Assembly: GCA_964527365.1 (NCBI GenBank)
Contig: CAZGQV010000003.1
Span: 8,668-72,667 of the forward strand
Source: Candidatus Woesearchaeota archaeon
Lineage (GTDB): Archaea > Nanobdellota > Nanobdellia > Pacearchaeales > GW2011-AR1
Direction of reading: 5' to 3'
DNA length: 64,000 nucleotides
The notes beneath the pieces were generated by a model. It had not been told where the DNA came from, did not search any database, and saw nothing but the letters and a program-made list of their open reading frames with translations. A program made the position numbers and the translations under genes. Positions 39,128 through 51,305 of the stretch are shown here, one piece after another (the first letter of the stretch is position 1; each line of letters starts with the position of its first letter).

Positions 39128-39810
39128 ATGAAAATGTATTAATTTTTGATGCAAGTTCATTAATCAGTTTAGCTATGAATGGTCTGCTTCCAGAATTAAG
39201 AGAATTAAAAAAAATATTTCCAGGAAAATTTATTATTCCTGCAGAAGTTAAATGGGAAATAGTTGGAAGACCGATAAACATTAAAAGATTTGAACTTGAA
39301 GCATTAAAATTAAATGAGCTCATAGAAAATAAAATATTAGAATCCCCTGATTCAGTTGGAATAAATGATAAAAAAATATCTGAAGAAACAACAAAATTAC
39401 TTAACATAGCAAACAATACTTTTTTTGATAGGGGACAAAAAGAAATTCATTTGATTGATTTGGGAGAAACTGCCTGTCTTGCATTATCAAAAATGTTGAA
39501 TGATAAAGGAATAAAAAACGTTTTATTAATTGATGAGAGAACAACAAGGATGCTTTGTGAAAAACCTGAAAATTTAAAAAAATTATTGCAAAAAAAATTG
39601 CACACGAGAATAGATGTAAAAAAAGAAAATTTAAAATATTTTAAAGGAATGAAGATAGCAAGATCAACTGAATTAATTTATATTGCATACAAAAAAGGAG
39701 TTGTAAGAATAAAAAATAATAAAATTTTAGATGCCTTGCTTTATGCTTTAAAATTCAAAGGTTGTGCAATTTCCACTGAAGAAATTAAAAAAATAAAAAA
39801 ATTGGGTTAA
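39124..39810 (+). CDS. PIN-domain protein
   Basis: LIFDASSLI, IDLGETACLAL, LLIDERTTR. Confidence 0.75.
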   Translation: MNENVLIFDASSLISLAMNGLLPELRELKKIFPGKFIIPAEVKWEIVGRPINIKRFELEALKLNELIENKILESPDSVGINDKKISEETTKLLNIANNTFFDRGQKEIHLIDLGETACLALSKMLNDKGIKNVLLIDERTTRMLCEKPENLKKLLQKKLHTRIDVKKENLKYFKGMKIARSTELIYIAYKKGVVRIKNNKILDALLYALKFKGCAISTEEIKKIKKLG

Positions 39811-42800
39811 TCAAAAATCTTTTGTATATCTGTCAAATTCATACCTCGAACTCCACCATCTTCTTCAACAATAATATCTTTCACTAATTTCTTTTTACTT
39901 TCTTGAAGCTTCAAAATCTTTTCTTCAATGGTATCTTCAGCAATCATCTTATAAACAAATACCTTATTCTTTTGACCAATTCTATGTGCCCGGTCCATTG
40001 CTTGCATTTCAACTGCTGGATTCCACCAAGGATCTATAATAAATACATAATCTGCACCAGTTAAATTGAGTCCAAGTCCTCCAGCTTTAATGCTAATTAA
40101 AAAAGCTTCAGCATCCTTCGAATCTTGAAATCCATTGACAACTTTCTCTCTATTTATTGTTTTTCCATCTAAATAAGAATATTTTAATTTCTTTTTCTCC
40201 ATTTCTTGTCTAACTAGTGTTAACATTTTTACAAAAGAAGAAAACACTAAAACCTTATGTCCTTCAGTCATAACCTTCTCAATTTCCGTAATCAAAAGAT
40301 CAAACTTCACACTTCCTCCTTCATAACTAGAATCAATCATTTTTGGATGCAAACAAATTTGACGAAGTTTTGTCAAGCCTTCCAAAATTTTCATTCTAGA
40401 TTTATTTAAACCATTTTCCTTAATGGAAGTATTAATTTCATGTCGATAATATTCTTTCCAACTTTCATAAACTTCCTTTTCAGATTCATTAAATTTACTA
40501 CGTAAAATAACTTCTGTTTTTTCCGGAAGTTCATTAGAAATAACTGATTTAGTACGACGAAGTAAAAAAGGTGATACCATTTTTTTCAAAGATTCAGAAA
40601 CTTCTTTGTCATGATTTCTTTCGATTGGCAAAACAAAATCCTCTTTAAAAAAATCATATCCTCCCAAGTAACCAGGATTCAAAAAATTAAACAAACTCCA
40701 TAATTCCATTAAATTATTTTGTATTGGTGTTCCAGAAAGAACTAATTTATTTTTACCTTGAAGAGAATACACACTTTTTGCACTAAGACTAAAAGGATTT
40801 TTAATAACATGTGCTTCATCAAGAACAACATATTCAAAAATCTTATCAGAAAATAATTCTAAATCATTTCTTAAAACGCCATAAGTTGTAATAATAACAT
40901 CATTTTTATCCATAATTTCTTTAAATTTATTATTAGAATTTTTTGTTTTTGAAGAACTCCGATTTAAACCATGATGAATATATGTTTTCAAATTTGGTGT
41001 AAATTTTTCAATTTCCCTCTTCCAATTAAATACAAGAGACGTTGGAACAATAACCAAAGAAGGAATCTTTACTTTTTCATCTTTTATTTTCTGAAGAACG
41101 CAAAGTGTTTGAACTGTTTTTCCAAGTCCCATATCATCAGCAAGAATTCCATTAAAATTAAAATCTCTCAAAAAATTAATCCAATCATATCCTTCTTTTT
41201 GGTACTTTCTCAATTTAGCATTAACTCCTTTAGAAATTTTTGTTTCTCTAATTTTTTTAAAATCCTTGAATTCTTTTATCATTTTTTTTATTTTTGGCGC
41301 TAAAGAAGCATTACGGTCAAGTTCAATAATTGAATTAAGAATAGTAATATGATTTTTAGATAATTTTAAATTATTTTTTTCTAAATTTATAAATCCTGAA
41401 AAAGCTCTCAAATTATGAATCCAGTTTTTAGGAATAACACCTTTCTTTCCTTCACCTAAATCAACAAACCTTTTATTTTTAAAAATTGAATTTAAAACTT
41501 CATCAATGGTCACTTCATCCGATCCAAATTTAACCGAACCCTTAATATTAAACCAATCATTTGACTCAGTAACATTCATTTTCATAATTGGTTTATTCTT
41601 TATAACACGAAAATTAAATATCTTTTCTTCACCTAAAACCTTTATTCCTTCAACAGAAATCAAAGGAACAGTCTTTGTTACAAAGTCAATTAAATCTCCT
41701 TCTAAAACAAATTCATCAAGCTCTTCATGTGTAACAACCGAGTAAGAATTCAAAATCTCAACCACCCTATCTTCAAATTCTAAATCTCTTTCAACATCAT
41801 ACAAAGAATTTTTCTCAATTATAATAATTTCTTTATTTTTAGAAAAATAATTTATCTCACGACCAGCATAATTAAATCTTAATTTAATTCTTATACTTGC
41901 ACCAGATTTTTCCAAATATAATTTGGCAATAGGAGACACAACTTTATTTTCCCGTTTTAAATCATCTGAAACCTTAAATTGAAACCCATCTAAAATTTTT
42001 TGATAATATTTTGAGAAAAATTTCTTTAATTCATTCTCACTAAATTCTAATTTTTTAGGGAATCTAATAATGCTTCTCACAACTTGTAAATTATCACTTT
42101 CTTGATGTCCATAAAAACACCTATTTTCAATATCAAAAACCCATAAACTTGTACTACCAATCTCCAAAAGTTTCATACGAAGTAAACTAGATTTTTTATT
42201 ACCACAAATAAAAAAAGGTTCAAGAGCATATTTCTCATTTTTTTTCTTTTTTATTTCCCAAGAAATTTTGAAATCCTCTTTATTAAAAACAGCCCCTAAA
42301 ATAATTTCTTGTTCCTCAAAATATAAATCTCTTAAAACCGGCATCATTAAATCAGTATTAACATCATAAAAACTACTTTTACTAAATCCAGCAGAAGAAT
42401 AACCCATTCCAAAATTATCTCCTTCATGCATATATGTTAATACTCGCCTAACATTAGAACTAATATTCCATTTTAAAAAATTAAAATCCCTTCCAAAAAA
42501 CTTTATTGGTGCACTATAACTCCCATTTTTTTTTATTATTCCTTTTTGAACTTTCAATAACTGCTCTCCCAAACCAAAATCTTCAAAATTAAAATAAACC
42601 ATGTTCTTTCTTTCTTCTAAATTTTTTTCTGGAAATAATTTTCTTAAATAAGCAAGTCCATTTTTTGATTTTTCAATCTCATTTTCTTTTTTTTCTTCAT
42701 CCAATTCTAAATTTTTAAAATCATTATCTTCTTTTTTTAATAATTTATAAATTAAAGTTGATCCAGCATGACTACATCCCTTACCTTTTTCACGATAAGC

Positions 42801-43058
42801 ACAATTACAAAAAGCTTCTATTTTACCGTCTACAATTTCCAAATCAACTTCATAACTTTTCTTTCCCACTTTCAATAATAAATAAACCTCATTCTTAGAA
42901 TCAAAACTATTACGAATAATTTCTAAATTATCATATTCATCAATCGCTTGTTTCCAAAATTTCTCATGAACGAACCCCAAAAAAATTTCAATCTGTTTTT
43001 TTGAAAGTCCAAGTTTAGATAATCTTCCTTCAATATCCGTATTCTTCAATTTTGCCAT
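39807..43058 (-). CDS. SWIM zinc finger + SNF2/SWI2 helicase (bacterial type)
   Basis: CNC..CSH SWIM; LADDMGLGKT, DEAH, LSGTPIQN, QAMDRAHRIGQ. Confidence 0.93.
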   Translation of the reverse strand: MAKLKNTDIEGRLSKLGLSKKQIEIFLGFVHEKFWKQAIDEYDNLEIIRNSFDSKNEVYLLLKVGKKSYEVDLEIVDGKIEAFCNCAYREKGKGCSHAGSTLIYKLLKKEDNDFKNLELDEEKKENEIEKSKNGLAYLRKLFPEKNLEERKNMVYFNFEDFGLGEQLLKVQKGIIKKNGSYSAPIKFFGRDFNFLKWNISSNVRRVLTYMHEGDNFGMGYSSAGFSKSSFYDVNTDLMMPVLRDLYFEEQEIILGAVFNKEDFKISWEIKKKKNEKYALEPFFICGNKKSSLLRMKLLEIGSTSLWVFDIENRCFYGHQESDNLQVVRSIIRFPKKLEFSENELKKFFSKYYQKILDGFQFKVSDDLKRENKVVSPIAKLYLEKSGASIRIKLRFNYAGREINYFSKNKEIIIIEKNSLYDVERDLEFEDRVVEILNSYSVVTHEELDEFVLEGDLIDFVTKTVPLISVEGIKVLGEEKIFNFRVIKNKPIMKMNVTESNDWFNIKGSVKFGSDEVTIDEVLNSIFKNKRFVDLGEGKKGVIPKNWIHNLRAFSGFINLEKNNLKLSKNHITILNSIIELDRNASLAPKIKKMIKEFKDFKKIRETKISKGVNAKLRKYQKEGYDWINFLRDFNFNGILADDMGLGKTVQTLCVLQKIKDEKVKIPSLVIVPTSLVFNWKREIEKFTPNLKTYIHHGLNRSSSKTKNSNNKFKEIMDKNDVIITTYGVLRNDLELFSDKIFEYVVLDEAHVIKNPFSLSAKSVYSLQGKNKLVLSGTPIQNNLMELWSLFNFLNPGYLGGYDFFKEDFVLPIERNHDKEVSESLKKMVSPFLLRRTKSVISNELPEKTEVILRSKFNESEKEVYESWKEYYRHEINTSIKENGLNKSRMKILEGLTKLRQICLHPKMIDSSYEGGSVKFDLLITEIEKVMTEGHKVLVFSSFVKMLTLVRQEMEKKKLKYSYLDGKTINREKVVNGFQDSKDAEAFLISIKAGGLGLNLTGADYVFIIDPWWNPAVEMQAMDRAHRIGQKNKVFVYKMIAEDTIEEKILKLQESKKKLVKDIIVEEDGGVRGMNLTDIQKIFD

Positions 43059-43146
43059 TAGGATACAGACAATTCACCCATTATAAATTTTTACTTTTTG
43101 ATAAGATAATAGAAAGAATATTTATAATCCACCAAATAACAATTTT

Positions 43147-43977
43147 TCAGGAACATTCAAACATATTTTTCATTTCTAAAGCCCCACCATCTTGACTATC
43201 TCTTGACTCAGAAATCAATGTTGGTTCCATTTTAAATTCTTTAATCACCGGTAAAAAATGTTGAAATTGTGGAAAAAATTCTTTTTCATAATATGCTCTA
43301 TGTTTTTTTTCACCCTTTTCATTAAACTCGACTGGATAAAAATGGCAATGTAATCTTCTAAGGGCTTTTATTCCCAAAACTTTTTTTATCTTCAAAGCAA
43401 TTTTTCTAAAATCCTCAACAGATTTTAAGCTTCCACCTCCCCTTGCATGAACATGTGCAAAATCTAGACAAGGTTCACAATCAGTTGCCTTACAAATTTC
43501 CAAAACTTCATCAACACTTCCAAACTGACTTCCCCGCCCCATAGTCTCGGGTAAAATCCTAACAGGGCCAGTGTAAATTTTTTTGACCTCCTTGATTCCC
43601 TTAACAATCCTATCTAATGGATTTTCAACATTATGATAACCAGGATGAAAAACAATCCTATCAGCCCCCATAATTTCAGCAAGCCTCAAAGTTTTAACCA
43701 TTTCATTTATAGAATTTTCAAAAGTTCCCTCTTTATCAGAAGTGAAAACAATATAGTAAGGTGCATGAACAGATAATTGAACCCCTAATTCTTTAGCTCT
43801 TTTGCCCACATATTCTGCAACTCCAGGTCGAGTTCTTGCCCCATAAGTCATCAAATATTCATAAGCATTTAATCCAATATCATGAATCCATTCTACAGCA
43901 TTAATTCTTTTCTTTCCAAATTTTGATTTAAAAAAATTCGGAGGATTTCCACTTGTTCCATATTTTATATTTTTCAT
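43147..43977 (-). CDS. nfo: Endonuclease IV-like TIM-barrel protein
   Basis: SVHAPYY, VFHPG, PETMG, DFAHVHAR, HCHF, ISES. Confidence 0.85.
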   Translation of the reverse strand: MKNIKYGTSGNPPNFFKSKFGKKRINAVEWIHDIGLNAYEYLMTYGARTRPGVAEYVGKRAKELGVQLSVHAPYYIVFTSDKEGTFENSINEMVKTLRLAEIMGADRIVFHPGYHNVENPLDRIVKGIKEVKKIYTGPVRILPETMGRGSQFGSVDEVLEICKATDCEPCLDFAHVHARGGGSLKSVEDFRKIALKIKKVLGIKALRRLHCHFYPVEFNEKGEKKHRAYYEKEFFPQFQHFLPVIKEFKMEPTLISESRDSQDGGALEMKNMFECS

Positions 43978-43984
43978 TTAAAAA

Positions 43985-46543
43985 TCATTCAACATCTTCA
44001 ACACTTTCAACAACTTTAACCACATCACTAACCTTATCTCCCTCATGAAGATTCACAATTCTAACTCCTTGAGCTGCACGACCCATGACTCGGATATTAT
44101 CTAAACTAGTTCTAATAACCATTCCTTTTTGAGTTGTCAAAATTATTGAATCTGTATCTTTAACAGAAACAGTATTAACAACTTGCCCTGTTTTTTCAGT
44201 AACCTTCAAATTAATTACTCCTTTACCTGCCCTAGCAGTTTTCCTATAATCTTCAATGGCTGTTCTTTTCCCATAACCTTTTTTAGTAATTGTAAAAATA
44301 GCTTCAGTTCCAAGTACCTCTAAAGAAACAACTTTATCTCCAGGACCTAATTTAATTCCAGTTACCCCATAACTTGCACGACCCATGGGCCTTACTTCAT
44401 TAGAATTAAATCTGATTGCTTTTCCATCTTTTGTTGCTAAAGAAACTTCTTGACCTTCTTTTATTATTTCAACTCCGATCAAAGAATCACTTCCATCTCC
44501 AGGAAGATTAATTGCTTTAATACCAGAAACTCTTGGTTTTGAGAAATAATTTAATGAAATTCTTTTAATCATTCCATTCTTTGTTGCCATAATTAAATAA
44601 TCATCAAAATTCTTTACAGAAAGAACATTTGTAATTACTTCTTCTTTAAGTCCTAAAATATTTACAATTGCTTTTCCTTTACCATATCTTTCAGCTTCAG
44701 GCAAATCATATGTTTTCAACCAAAGAACCCTTCCCCTTGAAGTGAAGAACATTAAATAATCATGAGTTGAACAAGTCAATAATTGTTTTGTAAAATCACC
44801 CGTTGCAAGACCACTTCCAATTACTCCTTTCCCTCCTCGCTTTTGTTCTTTATATGTTTGAACATCCATTCTTTTTACATAACCTTTTTCGGTAATTGAA
44901 ACAACAACTTCTTTTTCTTGAACCAAATCTTTTTCAGAAATAGAACCAATAGCCCTTTTCATAACTTGGGTTCTACGAGCATCGCCATATTTATCTTTTA
45001 ATTCTTTAACTTCTTTTTTAATAATTTTCAAAACTTCCTGAATATTATCTAATATCTTTTGATATTTGGAAATATTTTTAGTTAATTCTTCTGATTCAGC
45101 TTTTAACTTACCATGTTCCATTGAAGTTAATTGCCTTAGTTTAGTTTCCAAAATTGCTTTGACTTGATTTACAGTAAAATTGAATTTCTCTTTCAATTTT
45201 TTAGTAGGTTCAGCATCATACCTCACAATTTTTATAACTTCATCAATATTATCTAATGCAGTTAATAATCCTTCAACAATTTCTTGTCTCAATTTTGCTT
45301 TTCTCAATTCATATTGCGTTCTTCTTGTAATGATAATTTTTCTATGAGAAACATAGTTTTCTAAAACATCTCGAATTCCTAAAACTCGAGGCTTTCCTCC
45401 AACCAAAGCTAAAAAACTAACATTAAAAGAATCTTGAAGACGAGTATATTTGAATAATGCATTAATAACAAATTGTGAATCGACACTTTTTTTCAATTCA
45501 ATTACAATCCTAATTTTGCCTTTATTTGATTCATCTCGTAAATCACTAATATCTCTTAATTTTTTATCCCTAACTAAAGTTGCAATTTGTGTAATTAAAG
45601 TGGATTTATTTACCATATAAGGAATTTCTGTAATAACAAGAGAATTTTTTTTCTTTCCCTCTTCAACAGAAATCTTTCCACGCATAATCATTCTCCCTCG
45701 ACCAGTTTTATATAATTCAATCATATCTCCTTGAACCTGTCCTCCCGTCGGAAAATCTGGACCTTGAACAGTGTCTTTAACTAATTCTTCAACAGTCACT
45801 TCTGGATTTTCAAGATACATGTCAATAGCATCACATACTTCACGTAAATTATGTGGGGGTATGTTTGTAGCCATTCCAACAGCAATACCAGTAGCACCAT
45901 TAAGCATTAAAGCAGGCAACTTACCTGGAAGCAAAGATGGTTCTTTTAATGAATTATCAAAATTAGGAGTAAATTCAACAGTATCCTTATCAAGATCCTC
46001 CAAAAGCTCTTCGGCAAGTTTTTCCATCTTGGTTTCAGTATATCTATATGCAGCAGCAGGATCCCCATCGATAGAACCGAAATTACCTTGGCCAAATACT
46101 AAAGGATATCTTAAAGAAAAATCTTGAGCCATACGAACCATGGCCTCATAAACACTAGAATCTCCGTGGGGATGATATTTACCAATAACGTCTCCCACAA
46201 CTCTAGCTGATTTTTTAGTTTGAGTATTTGGTTTCAAACCCATTTGTTGCATTGCATAAAGAATTCTTCTCTGTACTGGTTTCATCCCATCTTCAATTGC
46301 AGGAATTGCTCTTGAAACAATTACACTCATAGCATAATCAAGATAAGATTTTTTCATTTCAGTAGTAACTTCAGCATTAATTACTCCCTTTTCTTCGGGA
46401 AACTTAGCTCCAAAATCTTCTTCAACTTGAATTTCCCCGGGAACTTCCTCTACTTGATTCATTTGGCTTTCTTCCTTAATTTCAGAATCATCTAATTCCA
46501 TTCCTTCAATTTCCTTTTCTATTTTATTTTCTTCATCTGTCAT
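43985..46543 (-). CDS. gyrA: DNA gyrase subunit A
   Basis: [21 protein letters not shown], GyrA box QKRGGKG, C-terminal beta-pinwheel repeats. Confidence 0.97.
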   Translation of the reverse strand: MTDEENKIEKEIEGMELDDSEIKEESQMNQVEEVPGEIQVEEDFGAKFPEEKGVINAEVTTEMKKSYLDYAMSVIVSRAIPAIEDGMKPVQRRILYAMQQMGLKPNTQTKKSARVVGDVIGKYHPHGDSSVYEAMVRMAQDFSLRYPLVFGQGNFGSIDGDPAAAYRYTETKMEKLAEELLEDLDKDTVEFTPNFDNSLKEPSLLPGKLPALMLNGATGIAVGMATNIPPHNLREVCDAIDMYLENPEVTVEELVKDTVQGPDFPTGGQVQGDMIELYKTGRGRMIMRGKISVEEGKKKNSLVITEIPYMVNKSTLITQIATLVRDKKLRDISDLRDESNKGKIRIVIELKKSVDSQFVINALFKYTRLQDSFNVSFLALVGGKPRVLGIRDVLENYVSHRKIIITRRTQYELRKAKLRQEIVEGLLTALDNIDEVIKIVRYDAEPTKKLKEKFNFTVNQVKAILETKLRQLTSMEHGKLKAESEELTKNISKYQKILDNIQEVLKIIKKEVKELKDKYGDARRTQVMKRAIGSISEKDLVQEKEVVVSITEKGYVKRMDVQTYKEQKRGGKGVIGSGLATGDFTKQLLTCSTHDYLMFFTSRGRVLWLKTYDLPEAERYGKGKAIVNILGLKEEVITNVLSVKNFDDYLIMATKNGMIKRISLNYFSKPRVSGIKAINLPGDGSDSLIGVEIIKEGQEVSLATKDGKAIRFNSNEVRPMGRASYGVTGIKLGPGDKVVSLEVLGTEAIFTITKKGYGKRTAIEDYRKTARAGKGVINLKVTEKTGQVVNTVSVKDTDSIILTTQKGMVIRTSLDNIRVMGRAAQGVRIVNLHEGDKVSDVVKVVESVEDVE

Positions 46544-46586
46544 TTTTTATATTTATTAGCATTTATTTATTTTTTTTAAATAAACT

Positions 46587-46850
46587 TTAAGCTACTTCTT
46601 CTCCTTTGTTATCCAAATATTGCATAAATTCGTCTTCAGTTAATTCATCTTCCTTAATTTCTTTTCCCTTAAAGCCACATTTACTACATTCCCAAACACC
46701 AATTTCCCCCATCTTAACTTGAACTTCATCCGAATTGCATTCAGGACATCTACGAACCTTAAAAGTTTTAATTTTTTTTTCCTTTGATTTCTTTTCTTCT
46801 TCACCATTCAATATCCAATCTGGAGTTTTTAATTTACTTTTTTTTGCCAT
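46587..46850 (-). CDS. Small zinc-ribbon protein
   Basis: CPECNS..WECSKCGF. Confidence 0.7.
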   Translation of the reverse strand: MAKKSKLKTPDWILNGEEEKKSKEKKIKTFKVRRCPECNSDEVQVKMGEIGVWECSKCGFKGKEIKEDELTEDEFMQYLDNKGEEVA

Positions 46851-46855
46851 TTTAA

Positions 46856-47092
46856 TTACTCAACCTTAACAAATCTTTTAACAGATTCTCCTTTTTTGTA
46901 TTTTACACCCACATATTCACAATCTTTTTCAAAAACTTTATCTCCAACAAATTCCTCAATAGATTTTTTAAAATCCATTCCAACCTGAAAACCGCTATGT
47001 TCATTCAAATTGATATAATAAACTTCTCCACCTTCAACTTTCATAATTTCATAATCATTCCCCTTGAAATGTCTATATTTTCCAAGTTCCAT
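46856..47092 (-). CDS. DUF1653-like small protein
   Basis: MELGKYRHFKGNDY ... KRFVKV. Confidence 0.65.
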   Translation of the reverse strand: MELGKYRHFKGNDYEIMKVEGGEVYYINLNEHSGFQVGMDFKKSIEEFVGDKVFEKDCEYVGVKYKKGESVKRFVKVE

Positions 47093-47093
47093 T

Positions 47094-48998
<1,905 letters not shown>

Positions 48999-49150
48999 TT
49001 AACCCCTCTTTTTAGTGCAATTTTATACTAAGAAAAAACAAAATTACTTTATAAACTTTTTGTCAAAAAAGGATTTTATCGACGGATTAAACTGAAAAGT
49101 AACAAACCCAACATATAAAAACTTAAATAGCTTTCGAACTTCAGAATTCA

Positions 49151-49414
49151 ATGAAAAAAGCCATGAAAATAGTTCTAATTCTTGTATTAATTTCTTTACT
49201 AATTTTAATAATTCCTGGGTTAAATTTGACAGGAAAAATAATTAATAATTCGCATTACAAATACACCAAAGCAATATGTGATGAATCAAATTATTGTGAA
49301 GATTATGTAATCGAATGTGAAGGAAAAAAAGAACCGAAACTTACTGCGACAGGATTTTCAATACAACAAGATATTAATTGGGAAGATAAGAGGGAGAGAA
49401 AAGAATATTGTTAA
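49151..49414 (+). CDS. Small membrane-anchored Cys-containing protein
   Basis: TM + LTGKII motif, YTKAIC...CEDY.I.C. Confidence 0.65.
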   Translation: MKKAMKIVLILVLISLLILIIPGLNLTGKIINNSHYKYTKAICDESNYCEDYVIECEGKKEPKLTATGFSIQQDINWEDKRERKEYC

Positions 49415-49433
49415 AGCAATAAATAAATTTGGT

Positions 49434-49569
49434 TTTTCTTTCGATGCATTGTAAAATAATGTATCGTATGTAAAATTTGCGATGCGTTTCTTTAGAAATG
49501 TATTGTATAAGTAAAATAAAAAATTATTTCCTTTTCTTTCGATAATGTGTTGATATTATCGTATGAAAA
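49434..49569 (+). repeat. Three tandem related hairpins CGAT...TAT(C/T)GTAT
   Basis: Stems 49442-49466, 49480-49505 and 49540-49561; all non-canonical pairs are G-T on the + strand. Confidence 0.7.
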
Positions 49570-49573
49570 AACG

Positions 49574-49777
49574 TTAACGTTTCTTCTTTTTAGCTTTAAT
49601 CTTGTTCTTGGGATTAAATTTTAAATGAGTGGGCAACCACCTAACTTTTCTACGACCAAGAAGCATATTTTTTTTACATTTAGAAGAACATAAAGTATTT
49701 ACAGTTCCATCTTTCATAATCAAAGTTAATCCTCTTGGAAATTCATAATTACTTTCACAATAAACACATTTAGGCAT
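49574..49777 (-). CDS. rpl24e: 50S ribosomal protein L24e
   Basis: MPKCVYC..G...DG...CSSKCKKN..RKVRW. Confidence 0.92.
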   Translation of the reverse strand: MPKCVYCESNYEFPRGLTLIMKDGTVNTLCSSKCKKNMLLGRRKVRWLPTHLKFNPKNKIKAKKKKR

Positions 49778-49970
49778 TTAATCCACCTCGACTCATTTTA
49801 TAACAAGGAGCAAAAGAATCACAACTTCCCAAATTCTTTTGAACTAAACTAATATAATTAACGAAAGTTCCATATCCTTGATCTTTCTTAAAATATTTAA
49901 CAGTCATTTTATCAAGTTTCTCATTTCCAGAAATTTTTCTTTTTCTAATTAATTTGGGTAAACTTTGCAT
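49770..49970 (-). CDS. Unknown basic 66-aa protein inside the ribosomal protein operon
   Basis: ATG 1 nt after the rps28e stop; its stop overlaps the rpl24e start. Confidence 0.5.
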   Translation of the reverse strand: MQSLPKLIRKRKISGNEKLDKMTVKYFKKDQGYGTFVNYISLVQKNLGSCDSFAPCYKMSRGGLNA

Positions 49971-49971
49971 T

Positions 49972-50247
49972 TTAACTATAACTTCCTTTTGTAACATTAG
50001 ATTTAATTCTTCTAGCTTCAATTTCAGTTTCTCTAAGCATTAAAACATCTCCAATCTTAACTACACCACGAACATTTCTTCTCATAGAACGTCCAATATC
50101 TTTACCTTCTTCAACTAAACATTTAACTTGAGTAATTTCTCCCCTAAAACCAGTTCTTCCAATTAATTCCTTAACAGTAGCTGGAACAATTTGTCCAATA
50201 ATACTAACTCTTTCTTTTTTCTGTGTGGGTTTATTGTCTTTTGCCAT
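49972..50247 (-). CDS. rps28e: 30S ribosomal protein S28e
   Basis: IGRTG.RGEITQVK, RRNVRG..GDVLMLRETEIEARR. Confidence 0.93.
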   Translation of the reverse strand: MAKDNKPTQKKERVSIIGQIVPATVKELIGRTGFRGEITQVKCLVEEGKDIGRSMRRNVRGVVKIGDVLMLRETEIEARRIKSNVTKGSYS

Positions 50248-50289
50248 TTTTAATTATAATAAATTTCTAAATAAAGATTTATGAAATAT

Positions 50290-50589
50290 TTATTTAATTT
50301 GAGCTATATCTTTATCTGCTTCACCAGCATCAATAACAGCTATAGAAGAAGCCTTAACTGGTAAACCTACAGCAATCCCTAATTTTTGCTTGTTATCTGC
50401 CATCATACAAGGAATTCCTTTTTCCTTACATAATACTGGAATATGAGCCACAATTTCTTTTGGTTCAACATCACCAGCATAAGCCACAAACTTTGCAGTT
50501 CCTCGCTCAATTGCTTTTGTCACTTCGTTAGTACCTTTCTCTATCTTTCCTGTTCTTTTTGCTTTTTCAACAATTTGGTATACATCCAT
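50290..50589 (-). CDS. rpl7ae: Ribosomal protein L7Ae
   Basis: KGTNEVTKAIERG, DVEPKEIVAH, LCKEKGIP. Confidence 0.95.
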   Translation of the reverse strand: MDVYQIVEKAKRTGKIEKGTNEVTKAIERGTAKFVAYAGDVEPKEIVAHIPVLCKEKGIPCMMADNKQKLGIAVGLPVKASSIAVIDAGEADKDIAQIK

Positions 50590-50616
50590 TTTTCTTATTT
50601 TTCGTCACGTTTAATT

Positions 50617-50698
50617 TATCCGAAAGCTCCACCCATTTGTAACTCACGGGCTGAATAGAAATTTACATTTCTTCATTTGAACCTTTGTTCATCGGATA
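50617..50698 (-). promoter_or_regulatory. Multibranch structured 5' leader of rpl7ae
   Basis: Closing stem TATCCGA/TCGGATA encloses TGAAC/GTTCA, AGAAAT-GTAA-ATTTCT and GCCCGT/ATGGGT. Confidence 0.55.
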
Positions 50699-50779
50699 TG
50701 AATATTGACAAATTTTACTTTATAAAACTTCCTATGAAAATATCTAAATATTTAAATATCTCCAATAAATTCAAATTTT

Positions 50780-51283
50780 ATGAAAATAAAACATAAACAA
50801 ATTTATTTTCCAGTTTGGAAAGGCAATATAAGAAAAAAAATAAATTCCTCAAATAGAATAATATTTGCAAAAATGCAAATATTTAGTAAAGCAAATAGCA
50901 AGGAGGATCATTTCACAACTTTGGCCCCTTGCATAGGCATTTTATTTTATAATTTAAAAAATAAAGAAAGTTATATTATGCATGAACCATACACAACAAA
51001 ATCAAATTTAGTATCAAAAATTATCCAAATAAAAAAAGATTGGAAAATTCCATTGAAAAAAATAACTGTTAATTGTTATGGGGGATCTGAAACAAACTAT
51101 GTTCCACCAAATAGGGGAAACAATCAATTAATTTCAAAAGAAAAACAATATGCTGAAAAAATATTAAAAAAAATATTTCCGGAAAAAAATTTATCTTTTG
51201 ATTGGGCTAAAAATGATACAATTACTTCATTTTATTTGGATAAACAAAAAGAGACCCAACACATTTTTTCTCAACACTTTTAA
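50780..51283 (+). CDS. Hypothetical protein, possibly CheD-like deamidase fold
   Basis: TLAPCIGILFY...IMH and YGGS resemble CheD LGSC/H/GG motifs. Confidence 0.45.
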   Translation: MKIKHKQIYFPVWKGNIRKKINSSNRIIFAKMQIFSKANSKEDHFTTLAPCIGILFYNLKNKESYIMHEPYTTKSNLVSKIIQIKKDWKIPLKKITVNCYGGSETNYVPPNRGNNQLISKEKQYAEKILKKIFPEKNLSFDWAKNDTITSFYLDKQKETQHIFSQHF

Positions 51284-51305
51284 AAAATCATTAAATTAGA
51301 CAAAA

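Noticed and set aside
49434..49569. Mini-CRISPR interpretation of the hairpin triplet
   Set aside because: Units are not identical repeats, spacing is irregular (38 and 60 bp) and there are no cas genes
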